A stretch of DNA of 61,397 nt, counting the filler. It is 6 parts of 6 records of this genome, joined end to end, with 100 filler letters (N's around TTAATTAATTAA, not from the genome) between each part and the next. Parts side by side here need not be neighbours in the genome. Positions count along the whole stretch, not along the records: positions 26,902 to 37,606 come from DRR723986_12523; positions 37,707 to 44,488 come from DRR723986_12525; 4 more parts are not named here. The stretch is one strand, 5' to 3'. Positions 29,403 to 39,784 of the stretch are shown here, piece by piece. How positions within the stretch are numbered: position 1 is the stretch's first letter; each line of letters begins with the position of its first letter. The position numbers were made by a program, and so were the translations under genes. The notes below the pieces were generated by a model, which was not told the origin of the DNA, made no database searches, and was given only the letters and a program-made list of their open reading frames with translations.

Positions 29403-30194
29403 TCAGGCCTGTTGCAACTGCCGGTTCAGCACTTCCCGGGCAAGATCGCGATAGGCTTCGCTGCCGCGAGAGGTCGGGTCATATTGCAGGATCGGCATGG
29501 CGTAGGACGGCGCTTCGCTCAGCCTTACATTCCGCGGGATTCGGGTCTGATACACCAGATCACCAAGATTTTCGCGCGCATCTTCCTCCACCTGGCGGCA
29601 CAGGTTATTGCGCACATCATACATGGTCAGTACCACGCCCTCGATCCGCAATACGGGATTGGCGGACTGGCGCACCTCTCTGATGGTCAGCATCAGCTGG
29701 GAAAGCCCTTCCAATGCAAAGAATTCCGACTGAAGCGGCACCAAAACGGCGTCTGCTGCCACCATGGCGTTTACCGTCAACAGGTTCAGCGACGGGGGGC
29801 AATCCATCAGGATGATGTCAAACCCCGCCACCATTCCCGGTGCCAGCGCGTCTTTTAATAGAAAAACCCTGTTTTCGTTGCTCACAAGCTCCACATCGGC
29901 AGAACTGAGATCCGTCGTCGACGGCGCGATCCACAGGTTATCGACACCGGTCGGCAGCACGATCTCTCGCAGTGGCATGTTCTCTATCAGCAGGTCATAA
30001 GTGGTAACACTGCGCTGATCGGTATCGATTCCAAGCCCGGTTGAGGCATTGCCCTGCGGATCAAGGTCAATTACCAGCACTCTCTGCCCTTCAGCGGCCA
30101 GAGCCGCGCCAAGGTTGATCGCGGTGGTCGTCTTTCCGACCCCGCCTTTCTGGTTTGCAATCGCTATACAGCGGGGCCGCCGGGACTCAGGCAC
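29403..30194 (-). CDS. parA: Chromosome partitioning ATPase ParA
   Basis: NQKGGVGKTT, DLDPQGNA, DCPPSL and IPRNVRLSEAPS. Confidence 0.97.
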   Translation of the reverse strand: MPESRRPRCIAIANQKGGVGKTTTAINLGAALAAEGQRVLVIDLDPQGNASTGLGIDTDQRSVTTYDLLIENMPLREIVLPTGVDNLWIAPSTTDLSSADVELVSNENRVFLLKDALAPGMVAGFDIILMDCPPSLNLLTVNAMVAADAVLVPLQSEFFALEGLSQLMLTIREVRQSANPVLRIEGVVLTMYDVRNNLCRQVEEDARENLGDLVYQTRIPRNVRLSEAPSYAMPILQYDPTSRGSEAYRDLAREVLNRQLQQA

Positions 30195-30813
30195 GTCGAA
30201 TATCTCCGATTTTCAGAATCACGGCCCCATCGGCCGTCTGGCTGGGTATAGATTCCATCGTCATGCGCCATGTCTCAAGCGCTTCTTCCACTTCCTGCCC
30301 ATGTGTCGCGCCTTTCAGGAACAGGGCGGTGCCATTGGGCGACAGGTGCCGTTCGGCGTGGCCAAGCAGCTTGGTGAGTGAAGCGAGTGCCCGCGCAGAC
30401 AAAATTGCGGCGTTCTGCGGCGGGGTTTCTTCGATCCGGCGTGTTAGCACACCGATTTTCAGGCCCATTTGCGCTGCAACAGTACGCAGAAAGCTGCCTT
30501 TGCGCAGGTCACTTTCGATGAAGGTAAATCTTAGGCCGGGCGCTCTTTCCGCCGCGATTGCGGCGCAGACCAAGCCGGGAAAACCGGCGCCTGACCCGAT
30601 ATCCAACCAAAGGCCATCCTTGGCCGGGGCAAGATCGAACACCTGCGCAGAATCGAGAAAATGGCGCGCCCAAAGCTCTGGAATTGTGCCGGGCGACACA
30701 AGATTGATCGCCTTTTGCCATTTGACCAAGGCGGTGGCATAGGTTTCCAGGCGCTCGAATGTTTCACGTGAAACATCCGCTTGCAGTCGCGCGCGGGCCT
30801 CTTCTTCGGTCAT
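30187..30813 (-). CDS. rsmG: 16S rRNA m7G527 methyltransferase
   Basis: [16 protein letters not shown] and SARA. Confidence 0.96.
   Translation of the reverse strand: MTEEEARARLQADVSRETFERLETYATALVKWQKAINLVSPGTIPELWARHFLDSAQVFDLAPAKDGLWLDIGSGAGFPGLVCAAIAAERAPGLRFTFIESDLRKGSFLRTVAAQMGLKIGVLTRRIEETPPQNAAILSARALASLTKLLGHAERHLSPNGTALFLKGATHGQEVEEALETWRMTMESIPSQTADGAVILKIGDIRRA
30760..30775. other. parS centromere site inside rsmG
   Basis: Perfect palindrome TGTTTCACGTGAAACA. Confidence 0.95.
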
Positions 30814-32675
30814 GCGCTTTTCCGTTCGTGCTGGCGGATCTTAGTCAGCAGTAGCGTCAACGCCGCAGGGGTCATCCCCTCGATCCGACCCGCCTGACCC
30901 AGGGTTTGAGGCCGAATCAAGGTTAGCTTGCCACGCAATTCATTCGACAGCCCGTCGATGCCATCGTAACTAAACTCGACCGGAATCTTATGTGCTTCGT
31001 CCCGCTTCAATGCGGCCACATCAGATTCTTGCCGCTCTATGTAACTGGAATAGAGCGCTTCGCGGCTGAGCTGATCCTTGGTGTCCCGATCCACGGCATC
31101 GACCTCGGACCAGATTCCAGACAGATCCTCAATGGTGATATCCGGGAACGAAAGCAGGTCCAGTGCGGTGCGCCTTTGGCCGTCCTGATTGACGTTCAGG
31201 CCATGACGCCGCGCTTCGGTCGGGGTCAGATCCAGGCCACGCAATGTGTTATAGCCCTTTGCCAACCGTTCCATCTTGTCCTCAAACGCCGCAATCCGCG
31301 TCTCACTGGCAATCCCCAGCTCCATCGCACGCGGCGTCAGTCGCTGGTCCGCGTTATCCGCTCGCAGCGTCAGGCGGAATTCGGCGCGCGAAGTGAACAT
31401 GCGGTAGGGTTCCGCCACACCGCGCGTCACGAGATCGTCGATCATCACGCCGATATAGGATTCGCTCCTGCTGAATGTTACAGGCTCTTGATCCAAGATT
31501 TGTTGAGCAGCGTTCAACCCAGCCACAAGACCTTGTGCCGCCGCTTCTTCATACCCCGTCGTGCCGTTGATCTGACCAGCAAGGAAAAGCCCCGGAACGG
31601 CCTTGACCTCCAACACCGGGCTTAGCGCGCGGGGATCGACGTAATCGTATTCAATGGCATAACCCGGTTGCAGGATCTCCGCCTGTTCCAGCCCGCGAAT
31701 CGAGTGAACATAGTCGTGCTGAACGTCTTCCGGCAGCGACGTGGAAATGCCGTTGGGATAGACCGTGTTGTCATCGAGCCCTTCCGGTTCGAGGAAAATC
31801 TGATGAGATTCTTTGTCAGCGAACCGAACGATCTTGTCCTCGATAGACGGGCAATAGCGCGGCCCGATCCCCTCGATATGCCCGCCATACATGGCAGAGC
31901 GATCGAGGTTATCGCGAATGATCTGATGCGTCTTGTCGTTGGTATGCGTAATACCGCAAGAAATCTGGCGCACCTGCGGGCCCTTCGACAGGAAGGAAAA
32001 CATCACCGGGTCTTCATCAGCCGGCTGGCTGTCGAGGATATCCCAGTTGATTGTCTTTCCGTTCAAACGCGGCGGCGTTCCGGTTTTCAGGCGGCCAAGC
32101 GGCAGGCCGAAATCGGCTATCCGCTCTGCCAGCAGATTGGAGGGCTTGTCCCCCATCCGCCCACCAGGGCGTTGCTTGTCCCCGATATGGATAATCCCAC
32201 GCAGAAACGTGCCAGTGGTCAGAACCACAGCGCGGGCGTTGATCTCGCTTCCATCTTCAAGCCTGACACCCGCGATACGACCACCGTCCAACATCAGGTC
32301 AGCGGCTTCGCCTTCCAAAATTCGCAAGTTGGGAAGCGCCGTCAATTCCGCTTGCATGGCCAAGCGGTAAAGCTTGCGGTCAGATTGCGTGCGCGGGCCC
32401 TGAACTGCGGGCCCTTTGCGGCGATTGAGCAGCCGAAACTGAATACCAGAGGCGTCAGCGACCTGCCCCATCGCGCCGCCAAGGGCATCAATTTCCCGAA
32501 CCAGATGGCCTTTGCCAAGCCCGCCTATCGCAGGATTACAGGACATGACCCCGATGGACTCGGCCCGTAAGGTCAGCAACGCCACGCGCACACCCCGACG
32601 CGCAGCCGCGTGGGCGGCGTCTGAACCAGCGTGACCGCCGCCGATTACCACAACATCGAAATCCTGATGTTTCAC
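30810..32675 (-). CDS. mnmG: tRNA uridine-5-carboxymethylaminomethyl modification enzyme MnmG (GidA)
   Basis: [27 protein letters not shown] and [15 protein letters not shown] start 8 nt after AGGAG. Confidence 0.97.
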   Translation of the reverse strand: MKHQDFDVVVIGGGHAGSDAAHAAARRGVRVALLTLRAESIGVMSCNPAIGGLGKGHLVREIDALGGAMGQVADASGIQFRLLNRRKGPAVQGPRTQSDRKLYRLAMQAELTALPNLRILEGEAADLMLDGGRIAGVRLEDGSEINARAVVLTTGTFLRGIIHIGDKQRPGGRMGDKPSNLLAERIADFGLPLGRLKTGTPPRLNGKTINWDILDSQPADEDPVMFSFLSKGPQVRQISCGITHTNDKTHQIIRDNLDRSAMYGGHIEGIGPRYCPSIEDKIVRFADKESHQIFLEPEGLDDNTVYPNGISTSLPEDVQHDYVHSIRGLEQAEILQPGYAIEYDYVDPRALSPVLEVKAVPGLFLAGQINGTTGYEEAAAQGLVAGLNAAQQILDQEPVTFSRSESYIGVMIDDLVTRGVAEPYRMFTSRAEFRLTLRADNADQRLTPRAMELGIASETRIAAFEDKMERLAKGYNTLRGLDLTPTEARRHGLNVNQDGQRRTALDLLSFPDITIEDLSGIWSEVDAVDRDTKDQLSREALYSSYIERQESDVAALKRDEAHKIPVEFSYDGIDGLSNELRGKLTLIRPQTLGQAGRIEGMTPAALTLLLTKIRQHERKSA

Positions 32676-32683
32676 GTGAAACA
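32668..32683. other. parS centromere site overlapping the mnmG start
   Basis: Perfect palindrome TGTTTCACGTGAAACA. Confidence 0.95.
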
Positions 32684-32686
32684 CTC

Positions 32687-33970
32687 CTACTTGCCGAGAC
32701 AGAAGCGCGAAAAGATTTCGCCCAACACCATCTCCACATCAATCCGCCCGATCAGCGAATCAAGACGGCGGATCGCACTGCGAAGATGCTCGGCTGCCAA
32801 CTCGGTCCTGTCCGATCCGGCTTTTACCTCAAACATCCCCGCTTCCAAAGCCCCAAGCGCGGCCTTCATCGCCTCTGCATGGCGGGCATGCGTCGCGGTC
32901 GCCTGACGAGCGGCGCGGTGGGACAGCGTGTCCGTGATCTGATCAATCAGCGCTGATACGCCCTGTCCCGTGGTTCCAGAAATGCCCGCAATCCCGTGAA
33001 TGTCGGCCTTTCCCAGCAGCACGATATCATCATCCAGCAGCGCGATATTCGGCTGTTCATCCGGTGCAGATTTCAGAAAGACCCGCAGGTCGGCTGCCTC
33101 TGCTCTGGCGCGGGCGCGGTCGATACCAATGCGTTCAATCTCATCCCCTGCTTCGCGCAGACCTGCGGTGTCCAGAACAGTCACCGGCAATCCGCGCAGA
33201 TCCATCCGCACTTCGATAACGTCACGCGTGGTTCCCGCGATGTCAGAGGTGATCGCCGCATCGCGCCCGGCAAGAGCGTTCAGCAGCGTGGACTTCCCGG
33301 CATTGGGAGCACCCAGAATGGCAACCTCAAACCCGTCACGGATACGTTCCGCCACGTCTACCCCGGCGATTTCGCGGGCCAGATCTGCCATCACGGGGGT
33401 TAGCAAAGCGACCACATCGGGCGTCACGTCAACCGGAACCTCCTCATCCGCGAAGTCGATTGTGACCTCCAGCAGCGCGGCCGCTCGCAACAGGTTTTCA
33501 CGCCAGAGATCGACCAACTGGCCAAGACTGCCGGACAGAACCCGCAGGGCCTGCACCCTTTGCGCTTCTGTTTCCGCGTCGATCAGGTCCGCCAGCCCCT
33601 CCACCTGCGCCAGATCCATCCGGTCGTTTTCCAGCGCGCGGCGGGTGAATTCCCCCGGTTCGGCCATGCGGGCCAGTCCAGTGGCAGAAATTGCGCTTAG
33701 GACGGCCTTAACGGTCGCCGGGCTACCGTGGGTCTGAAATTCCACCACATCCTCGCCAGTGAAGCTGTGGGGCGCTTGAAAGGCCAAAACAAGGGCATCA
33801 TCCAGATGGCCACTCTGCCCGTCGCGCAGGTGCCGCAGCCGTGCTTCTGATGGTGGCGGGACCGATCCGGCCAGGGCTTGTCCAACGGAAAACGCATCCG
33901 GGCCCGAAATACGGATCACGGCAACGCCGGCTTTTCCCGGCGCTGTAGCCTGCGCAAAGATCGTATCCAT
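32687..33970 (-). CDS. mnmE: tRNA modification GTPase MnmE
   Basis: [23 protein letters not shown] and C-terminal FCLGK. Confidence 0.97.
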   Translation of the reverse strand: MDTIFAQATAPGKAGVAVIRISGPDAFSVGQALAGSVPPPSEARLRHLRDGQSGHLDDALVLAFQAPHSFTGEDVVEFQTHGSPATVKAVLSAISATGLARMAEPGEFTRRALENDRMDLAQVEGLADLIDAETEAQRVQALRVLSGSLGQLVDLWRENLLRAAALLEVTIDFADEEVPVDVTPDVVALLTPVMADLAREIAGVDVAERIRDGFEVAILGAPNAGKSTLLNALAGRDAAITSDIAGTTRDVIEVRMDLRGLPVTVLDTAGLREAGDEIERIGIDRARARAEAADLRVFLKSAPDEQPNIALLDDDIVLLGKADIHGIAGISGTTGQGVSALIDQITDTLSHRAARQATATHARHAEAMKAALGALEAGMFEVKAGSDRTELAAEHLRSAIRRLDSLIGRIDVEMVLGEIFSRFCLGK

Positions 33971-33986
33971 GGGCCCCTCCGCGGGG

Positions 33987-35258
33987 TCAGCTGTTCATAG
34001 AATCGAAGAAATCAGCGTTCGACTTGGTCTGCTTGAGCTTCGAGATCAGGAACTCGATCGCATCTGTCGTGCCCATCGGGTTCAGGATACGGCGCAGCAG
34101 GAAGGTCTTGTGCAGGTCTTTGGAATCGACCAGCAGATCTTCTTTCCGGGTGCCGGACTTGAGGATATCCATCGCCGGGAACACGCGCTTGTCTGCAACC
34201 TTGCGGTCGAGCACGATCTCGCTGTTACCGGTGCCTTTGAATTCCTCAAAGATCACTTCATCCATGCGGCTGCCGGTATCAATCAATGCCGTGGCGATGA
34301 TGGTCAGCGATCCGCCTTCTTCGATGTTCCGCGCCGCACCAAAGAACCGCTTGGGCCGTTGCAGGGCGTTCGCATCAACACCACCGGTCAGAACCTTGCC
34401 AGAGCTTGGCACCGTCGTGTTGTAAGCACGACCAAGGCGCGTGATGGAGTCCAGCAGGATCACCACGTCACGCTTGTGTTCCACAAGGCGCTTGGCTTTC
34501 TCGATGACCATCTCGGACACAGCAACGTGGCGCGTGGCGGGTTCGTCGAAGGTCGAGGATATGACCTCGCCTTTCACCGAGCGCTGCATGTCGGTCACTT
34601 CCTCTGGCCGTTCGTCAATCAGCAGAACGATCAGATAGCATTCCGGGTGGTTCTTTTCGATCGAGCTGGCGATGTTTTGCAGCAGCACCGTCTTACCAGT
34701 GCGTGGCGGGGCCACGATCAAAGACCGCTGGCCTTTGCCAATGGGCGCCACCAGGTCGATGATACGCGCTGACCGATCCTTGGTCGTCGGATCATCCAGT
34801 TCCATCTTCAGCCGCTCGTCGGGATACAGCGGCGTGAGGTTGTCGAAGTTGATCTTGTGACGTGCGCGTTCCGGGTCTTCGAAATTGATCTGCGCGACTT
34901 TCACCAGCCCGAAATAGCGTTCGTTTTCACGGGGCGCATGAATGACGCCTTCGACGGTGTCACCGGTGCGCAAGGAATGCTGGCGGATCATGTCTGGCGA
35001 AACATAGATATCATCCGGGCCGGGCAGGTAGTTCGCTTCGGGCGACCGCAAGAACCCGAACCCGTCCTGCAAGACTTCCAACACGCCGTCGCCAGAGATC
35101 TCCCATCCCTCGTCTGCGCGTTCCTTGAGGATTTGGAACATCATCTCGCCCTTACGCATCGTCGATGCGTTTTCGATGTCCAGCTCTTCGGCCATTGCCA
35201 GCAGGGCTTTAGGGGAATTGGCCTTCAGATCGGCCAGGTTCAGTTTTTCAATAGTCAT
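33987..35258 (-). CDS. rho: Transcription termination factor Rho
   Basis: [13 protein letters not shown]…APPRTGKT and [10 protein letters not shown]; start MTIEKL at 35258. Confidence 0.98.
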   Translation of the reverse strand: MTIEKLNLADLKANSPKALLAMAEELDIENASTMRKGEMMFQILKERADEGWEISGDGVLEVLQDGFGFLRSPEANYLPGPDDIYVSPDMIRQHSLRTGDTVEGVIHAPRENERYFGLVKVAQINFEDPERARHKINFDNLTPLYPDERLKMELDDPTTKDRSARIIDLVAPIGKGQRSLIVAPPRTGKTVLLQNIASSIEKNHPECYLIVLLIDERPEEVTDMQRSVKGEVISSTFDEPATRHVAVSEMVIEKAKRLVEHKRDVVILLDSITRLGRAYNTTVPSSGKVLTGGVDANALQRPKRFFGAARNIEEGGSLTIIATALIDTGSRMDEVIFEEFKGTGNSEIVLDRKVADKRVFPAMDILKSGTRKEDLLVDSKDLHKTFLLRRILNPMGTTDAIEFLISKLKQTKSNADFFDSMNS

Positions 35259-35390
35259 GGGGAATAGTCCCTTGGCTGGCCTTACCCTGAAAAGGGCATG
35301 CCGCGTGTCGATATTCGTAGGGAAACAGCAAGGCCGGACGGCCAAGTTGACAAGCGAGATAAGGAAAGGTCGCGGTCAAGTCAACCGGGC

Positions 35391-35849
35391 TTAGGAAAAC
35401 GGCCTTGCGATGACAGAAATCACGATCACCACCATCAGCAGCGTCGGCACTTCGTTCATCATCCGATAGGTACGACCCGTGCGATTATTCTCGCCCTTGG
35501 CAAAGTCCTTACGTCTCAACGCCAGCCAATGATGAAACCAGGTCATTCCCAGCACAGCGGCCGCTTTCGTCCAGGGCCAGACATCGCCCCAATAGACCAC
35601 CCCGGGCGTAAACACGAGCGCGAGGCCAAAGATCCATGTCGCGATCATCGCCGGGTTCATGATCACCCGCAGCAGTTTGTATTCCATTGTTTGGAACAGC
35701 TGATCGGTGTCATTGCCCTGACCCACCTGTTCCGCGTGATAAACGAACAGGCGCGGAAGGTAGAACAGCCCCGCCATCCAGGCCAGCACGGACATCACAT
35801 GCAGGCTCTTGGTCCAGGGATAGGCTGCCGCCAGAAATTCGCCGATCAT
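35391..35849 (-). CDS. hemJ: Protoporphyrinogen oxidase HemJ
   Basis: KSLHV…WMAGLFYLPRLFVYH and RMMNEVPT; start MIGEF at 35849. Confidence 0.93.
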   Translation of the reverse strand: MIGEFLAAAYPWTKSLHVMSVLAWMAGLFYLPRLFVYHAEQVGQGNDTDQLFQTMEYKLLRVIMNPAMIATWIFGLALVFTPGVVYWGDVWPWTKAAAVLGMTWFHHWLALRRKDFAKGENNRTGRTYRMMNEVPTLLMVVIVISVIARPFS

Positions 35850-36263
35850 GGGTTTCTTCCTTCTCTGCCTCTTCAATAAATATATATATTTAAAAGAAAA
35901 GATGATGTTGTTGTTGTACAGGGGATAACAGGGAAAACCCGGTTGTACCGGAACCATCCAAAATGTTGCCCACAAGGAAAACCGACGTTTCGGCGATCTC
36001 ATCAGAATGTTAAAGTGTTCCGATAAATACATAAAAATCAAATGGATAGTGGAAGTAGTGCTGGGGATAACATCTGGACAAACCTTGGAAAGACAGGATC
36101 ACCATACGCTTGTCCACGATCTTCTGTTGATCAGATATCCCCGTGGAAAACTGTGGGGCAAACAGAGGGTTATCCTCGAACAGCCCTTGGATCGTCCGGC
36201 GAGCCGAAGATATACAGATCCCATTCCCGGGCTTGGCCCAAGACTTGTCCATAGAGTTATCCC
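35850..36263. other. Chromosomal replication origin oriC (predicted)
   Basis: Lies between hemJ and maf. Has an AT-rich DUE (35875-35900), a trinucleotide run GATGATGTTGTTGTTG, and several DnaA-box-like 9-mers (e.g. TTATCCCCA at 36062-36070 minus, TTATCCCCT at 35920-35928 minus, TTGTCCACG at 36110). Near parABS and gidA. Confidence 0.8.
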
Positions 36264-36860
36264 ATGACGCAAATCATTCTGGCCTCCAGTTCCAGCATAC
36301 GAAAGGCGCTGCTTATCAACGCTGGCATACCGTTTTCCGCCCTGCCCGCGCGGATTGACGAAGACGCGATCAAGGAGTCGCTGTTGGCTGAGGATGCTAC
36401 CCCGCGCGACGTGGCGGATGCGTTGGCGGAATTCAAGGCACGCAAGATCGCCGAAAAGCACCCGGATGCAACTGTGATCGGGTCAGATCAGGTATTGGAA
36501 TTCCAGGGGGGCATTCTGTCCAAACCCACCAGCCGGGAAGAGGCCGCAGATCAGTTGCGCGAACTCCGCGGCAAGCAGCACAAGCTGCTGTCTGCCGTTG
36601 TCGTCTATTCCGGTGCGGAACCGGTCTGGCGCTACGTCGGTCTGGTGCGCCTGCTGATGCGCGATATCAGCGATGACTACCTGGCCGCCTATCTTGACCG
36701 GAACTGGCCCGGCATCAGTGACAGCGTCGGGGGCTACAAACTGGAAGAAGAAGGCGCGCGGCTTTTCAGCCGGGTCGAAGGGGATTACTTTACCGTTCTG
36801 GGTCTGCCACTTCTGGAACTCATCGGGTTCCTGACCCAAAAGGGAGACATCGAAGGATGA
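36264..36860 (+). CDS. maf: Maf-family nucleotide pyrophosphatase
   Basis: IILASSS..R, IGSDQ, LSKP and VGGYKLE…GLPL. Confidence 0.93.
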   Translation: MTQIILASSSSIRKALLINAGIPFSALPARIDEDAIKESLLAEDATPRDVADALAEFKARKIAEKHPDATVIGSDQVLEFQGGILSKPTSREEAADQLRELRGKQHKLLSAVVVYSGAEPVWRYVGLVRLLMRDISDDYLAAYLDRNWPGISDSVGGYKLEEEGARLFSRVEGDYFTVLGLPLLELIGFLTQKGDIEG

Positions 36861-37606
36861 CGGAAAAGCTGTTGCTGGCCGGGGTTATCGGCGATCCGAT
36901 CGCGCATAGCCGGTCTCCGATGCTGCATGGTCATTGGCTGCGGCGCTACGGTATCAACGGTCACTATGTGCCGCTGCATGTTACCCGTGAACGATTGCAT
37001 GACACATTGCAGCTATTGCCCGACCTTGGTTTCAAGGGCATCAACGTCACCATTCCGCACAAGGAAACCGTTCTGCACCTGGCGGATTCCGTCACCGACC
37101 GCGCTGCACTGATCGGGGCGGCCAATACGCTGACCTACACCGCCAGCGGCAAGTTGCAGGCCGACAATACCGATGGCGTCGGTTTCATGGAAAACATCAA
37201 GCAATACACACCCGGTTGGTCCGCATCAGAAGGTCCGGCGCTGGTGCTTGGCGCTGGAGGGGCGGCCCGGGCCGTGATCTCGGCACTTTTGTCAGATGGT
37301 TGCCCGCATGTGTTCCTGGTGAACCGCACCCGGTCACGGGCCGAGGCTTTGCAGGATCATTTTGGCGCGAAGGTCCACGTTGCGGATTGGACGCGCATTC
37401 CGAACGTACTGGATGAGGTCGCGCTGCTCGTGAACACAACCTCTCTGGGCATGGTGGGCAAGCAGCCGCTTCACATAGATCTTGACCGGCTTAACCCCCA
37501 TACGGTGGTCAATGACATCGTTTACACGCCGCTTCGCACGGAATTGCTGGAAGAAGCCGCCGCACGAGGCTGCCATACGGTCGACGGCCTTGGGATGCTG
37601 TTGCAT
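36857..37606 (+). CDS. aroE: Shikimate dehydrogenase, 3'-truncated
   Basis: HSRSP, NVTIPHK, GAANT, NTDG, GAGGAA and DGLGMLLH. Confidence 0.96.
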
Positions 37607-37706
37607 NNNNNNNNNNNNNNNNNNNNNNNNNNNNNNNNNNNNNNNNNNNNTTAATTAATTAANNNNNNNNNNNNNNNNNNNNNNNNNNNNNNNNNNNNNN
37701 NNNNNN
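37607..37706. other. Artificial contig spacer
   Basis: N-run + TTAATTAATTAA + N-run. Confidence 0.98.
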
Positions 37707-38082
37707 TAAGGGCTCGACCCTGTTGTAAAAAATTCGATTCGCGGGTTTTGAAGCGTTGGTTCAAAATTTTCAACCGTTTACTCTACAAATTATGCCGGTG
37801 AACTCTTTTGCCTTGTTGCTTTCGAGTGCACGACATCTCTCTGCCATTGAGGCAAATGCCACAAGAGAAGCCTCAATTTCGCGTAACAGACCACCCAGGG
37901 ATCCTAATTATACACGGCTTGTAAAACACGTGTTGCAGCCTACACCGGCAGCGGCGCCCGTATGCCTAACTTTGAGCCTGGCACACCAAAAAGTCTCCGA
38001 GTCACAAGACTTAAACATTTGAGACTGCCTCAAGTCTCAATGCCTCAAAGACTGGAGACAAAAAGTCTTCAGCCGCAAGTAC

Positions 38083-38110
38083 TTGAGGCTGGAGACTCAG
38101 CGACTAACAA
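38083..38110 (+). promoter_or_regulatory. Candidate promoter/operator motif TTGAGG-N9-CAGCGACTAACAA
   Basis: The same motif recurs, gene-oriented, at 55743-55770 and 60937-60963. Confidence 0.55.
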
Positions 38111-38233
38111 AAACACAAGCCAGCCACCGAGTGTAATGCAATGAAACGAAAAGGGGCGCAGCATGCAATAGTTCATCCGCTGATTCGCCCATGTGCGCAA
38201 ATAACAACTCAAACTTGTGAACAACACGTAAAC

Positions 38234-39085
38234 ATGAATACAACCCTAAAAATTGAAGTCCCCGCCGCAATCGAATCTGAATACGATTCCTATGGCGGAA
38301 TTATCCTGGTAGACGCGCTACTTAACGGAAAAAAACGCAAGTTCCTGCTCGACAGCGGCGCACCCACAATGCTGCTAAATACACAACACCTGGCAGAAGA
38401 CAAGTTAACAAATGGGCGTTTCCAGTTCCACGGGATCGGCGGAAGTGTGCAGTCACAACAAACGCTCGTGCGGACCTTTAATTGGCATGGCCTAAAATAC
38501 AGCAACCGCCACGTACATGCACTTAACCTGGCACACCTGGAGACACAACTTAACGCGCGGGTCGATGGCATCATAGGTTATCACGAACTGGCCAACTTCA
38601 GCATGCGTATAGATTATAAAAACACGATGCTGCATCTGTGGCGTGAATTTGATGTGGAGCAATTTAAGGTAACAGCCCAGGTTCCTTTTGTGATGCACAA
38701 TCACATTCCCGTGATTACAAGCAAAATTGGAAAGCAGCAGTTTAAGCTCGGCCTCGACACCGGTGCGGCTGTTAACTTATTGGACCTAAACCTTCTTTCA
38801 AAAGTTGAGAGCTTTAAGGCGGCCAAAAAGACGGAAGACCTGCATGGCGCCGGCACAGAAGTTGTTAAAGTTCAATACGGCAAAATCCCGGTAACATCAG
38901 TTGGCGAAGTAGAGTTCAAAGACATGCGCGTGGTCTGGTCAGACGTTACAATGATTAAACAGTCGCTGGGAGACTTGGACGGACTCCTGGGTTACGAGTT
39001 CCTGAAGAAACGTCAGATGGTGATTAGTTTTACCGACAATCGCATATATTTTGTCCGCAAAAAACGTGCAATCAATAAGGCTTGA
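38234..39085 (+). CDS. Twin-domain retropepsin-like aspartyl protease
   Basis: Two repeats, FLLDSGA…DGIIG and LGLDTGA…DGLLG; start MNTTLK inferred. Confidence 0.85.
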   Translation: MNTTLKIEVPAAIESEYDSYGGIILVDALLNGKKRKFLLDSGAPTMLLNTQHLAEDKLTNGRFQFHGIGGSVQSQQTLVRTFNWHGLKYSNRHVHALNLAHLETQLNARVDGIIGYHELANFSMRIDYKNTMLHLWREFDVEQFKVTAQVPFVMHNHIPVITSKIGKQQFKLGLDTGAAVNLLDLNLLSKVESFKAAKKTEDLHGAGTEVVKVQYGKIPVTSVGEVEFKDMRVVWSDVTMIKQSLGDLDGLLGYEFLKKRQMVISFTDNRIYFVRKKRAINKA

Positions 39086-39117
39086 CTTAGACTCCAGCCC
39101 AGGTTCGTTGTTAACAC

Positions 39118-39648
39118 TCATTGGCGGGCAGAGCGAATTACAAGGTCAAGTATAAATGGAATCACAGTATCAAATAGAACCGTAAAAACCAGGCCAAGGA
39201 GCACAAGCAGACTTGTTATTATTGTGATTACGAACACGATCTGAACGAAAGTGTTAAGACTGACATCCAGAATCGCGTTTGCCGGATCCTGTGGATCTAC
39301 ATGTGCCTCAACTTCACTGCCGAGCGGATAACGATCGATGACTTTCTGAACATCAGTTTTGTACCGTGAACTGACTGCGGCCAAGCGTATCTGATCGCAG
39401 GTGTAAGTTTTGCCATCTACTTCATACTCATACACCACGTGCGCACGATAGAAAACTTGCGATCCCACCTGATTTTTACTATCTGACTCAGCCGGCGCCG
39501 ATTCAATTATGTGCACGTTAACTTTTGGCCAGCGTTTGGTTTTACTGTCCCTGCGATACAAGTACACGCATAGAACAAGCATTGCTCCAGCGACGAGTAC
39601 TGCGACACCAGATTGAAATATCTCCACAAATAACAGAAGTTCTTTCAT
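39118..39648 (-). CDS. DUF3592-like membrane protein (copy 3)
   Basis: TM, then WPKV..II.S, YEYEVDGKTY, YPLG..V…DPQDP..A.L, then TM. Confidence 0.8.
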   Translation of the reverse strand: MKELLLFVEIFQSGVAVLVAGAMLVLCVYLYRRDSKTKRWPKVNVHIIESAPAESDSKNQVGSQVFYRAHVVYEYEVDGKTYTCDQIRLAAVSSRYKTDVQKVIDRYPLGSEVEAHVDPQDPANAILDVSLNTFVQIVFVITIITSLLVLLGLVFTVLFDTVIPFILDLVIRSARQ

Positions 39649-39784
39649 TTGCACATACCCAAGTCACATGCATTAAACAATGCTCAATCTTTAAGAAAAT
39701 GAATGCGACTTTTATACGGCACAAGTTTACGATCTCACGCTGTCGGTAGAACTTTAACATCCAATCTAACAGAAATTATGTCAC

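Noticed and set aside
35850-36461. Short ORFs and the N-terminal extension of hemJ in the hemJ-maf interval
   Set aside because: They overlap the predicted oriC, have atypical composition and show no protein motifs.
37991-38098. Possible mini-CRISPR array
   Set aside because: Units are short, degenerate and irregularly spaced, with no unique ~30-nt spacers and no cas genes.
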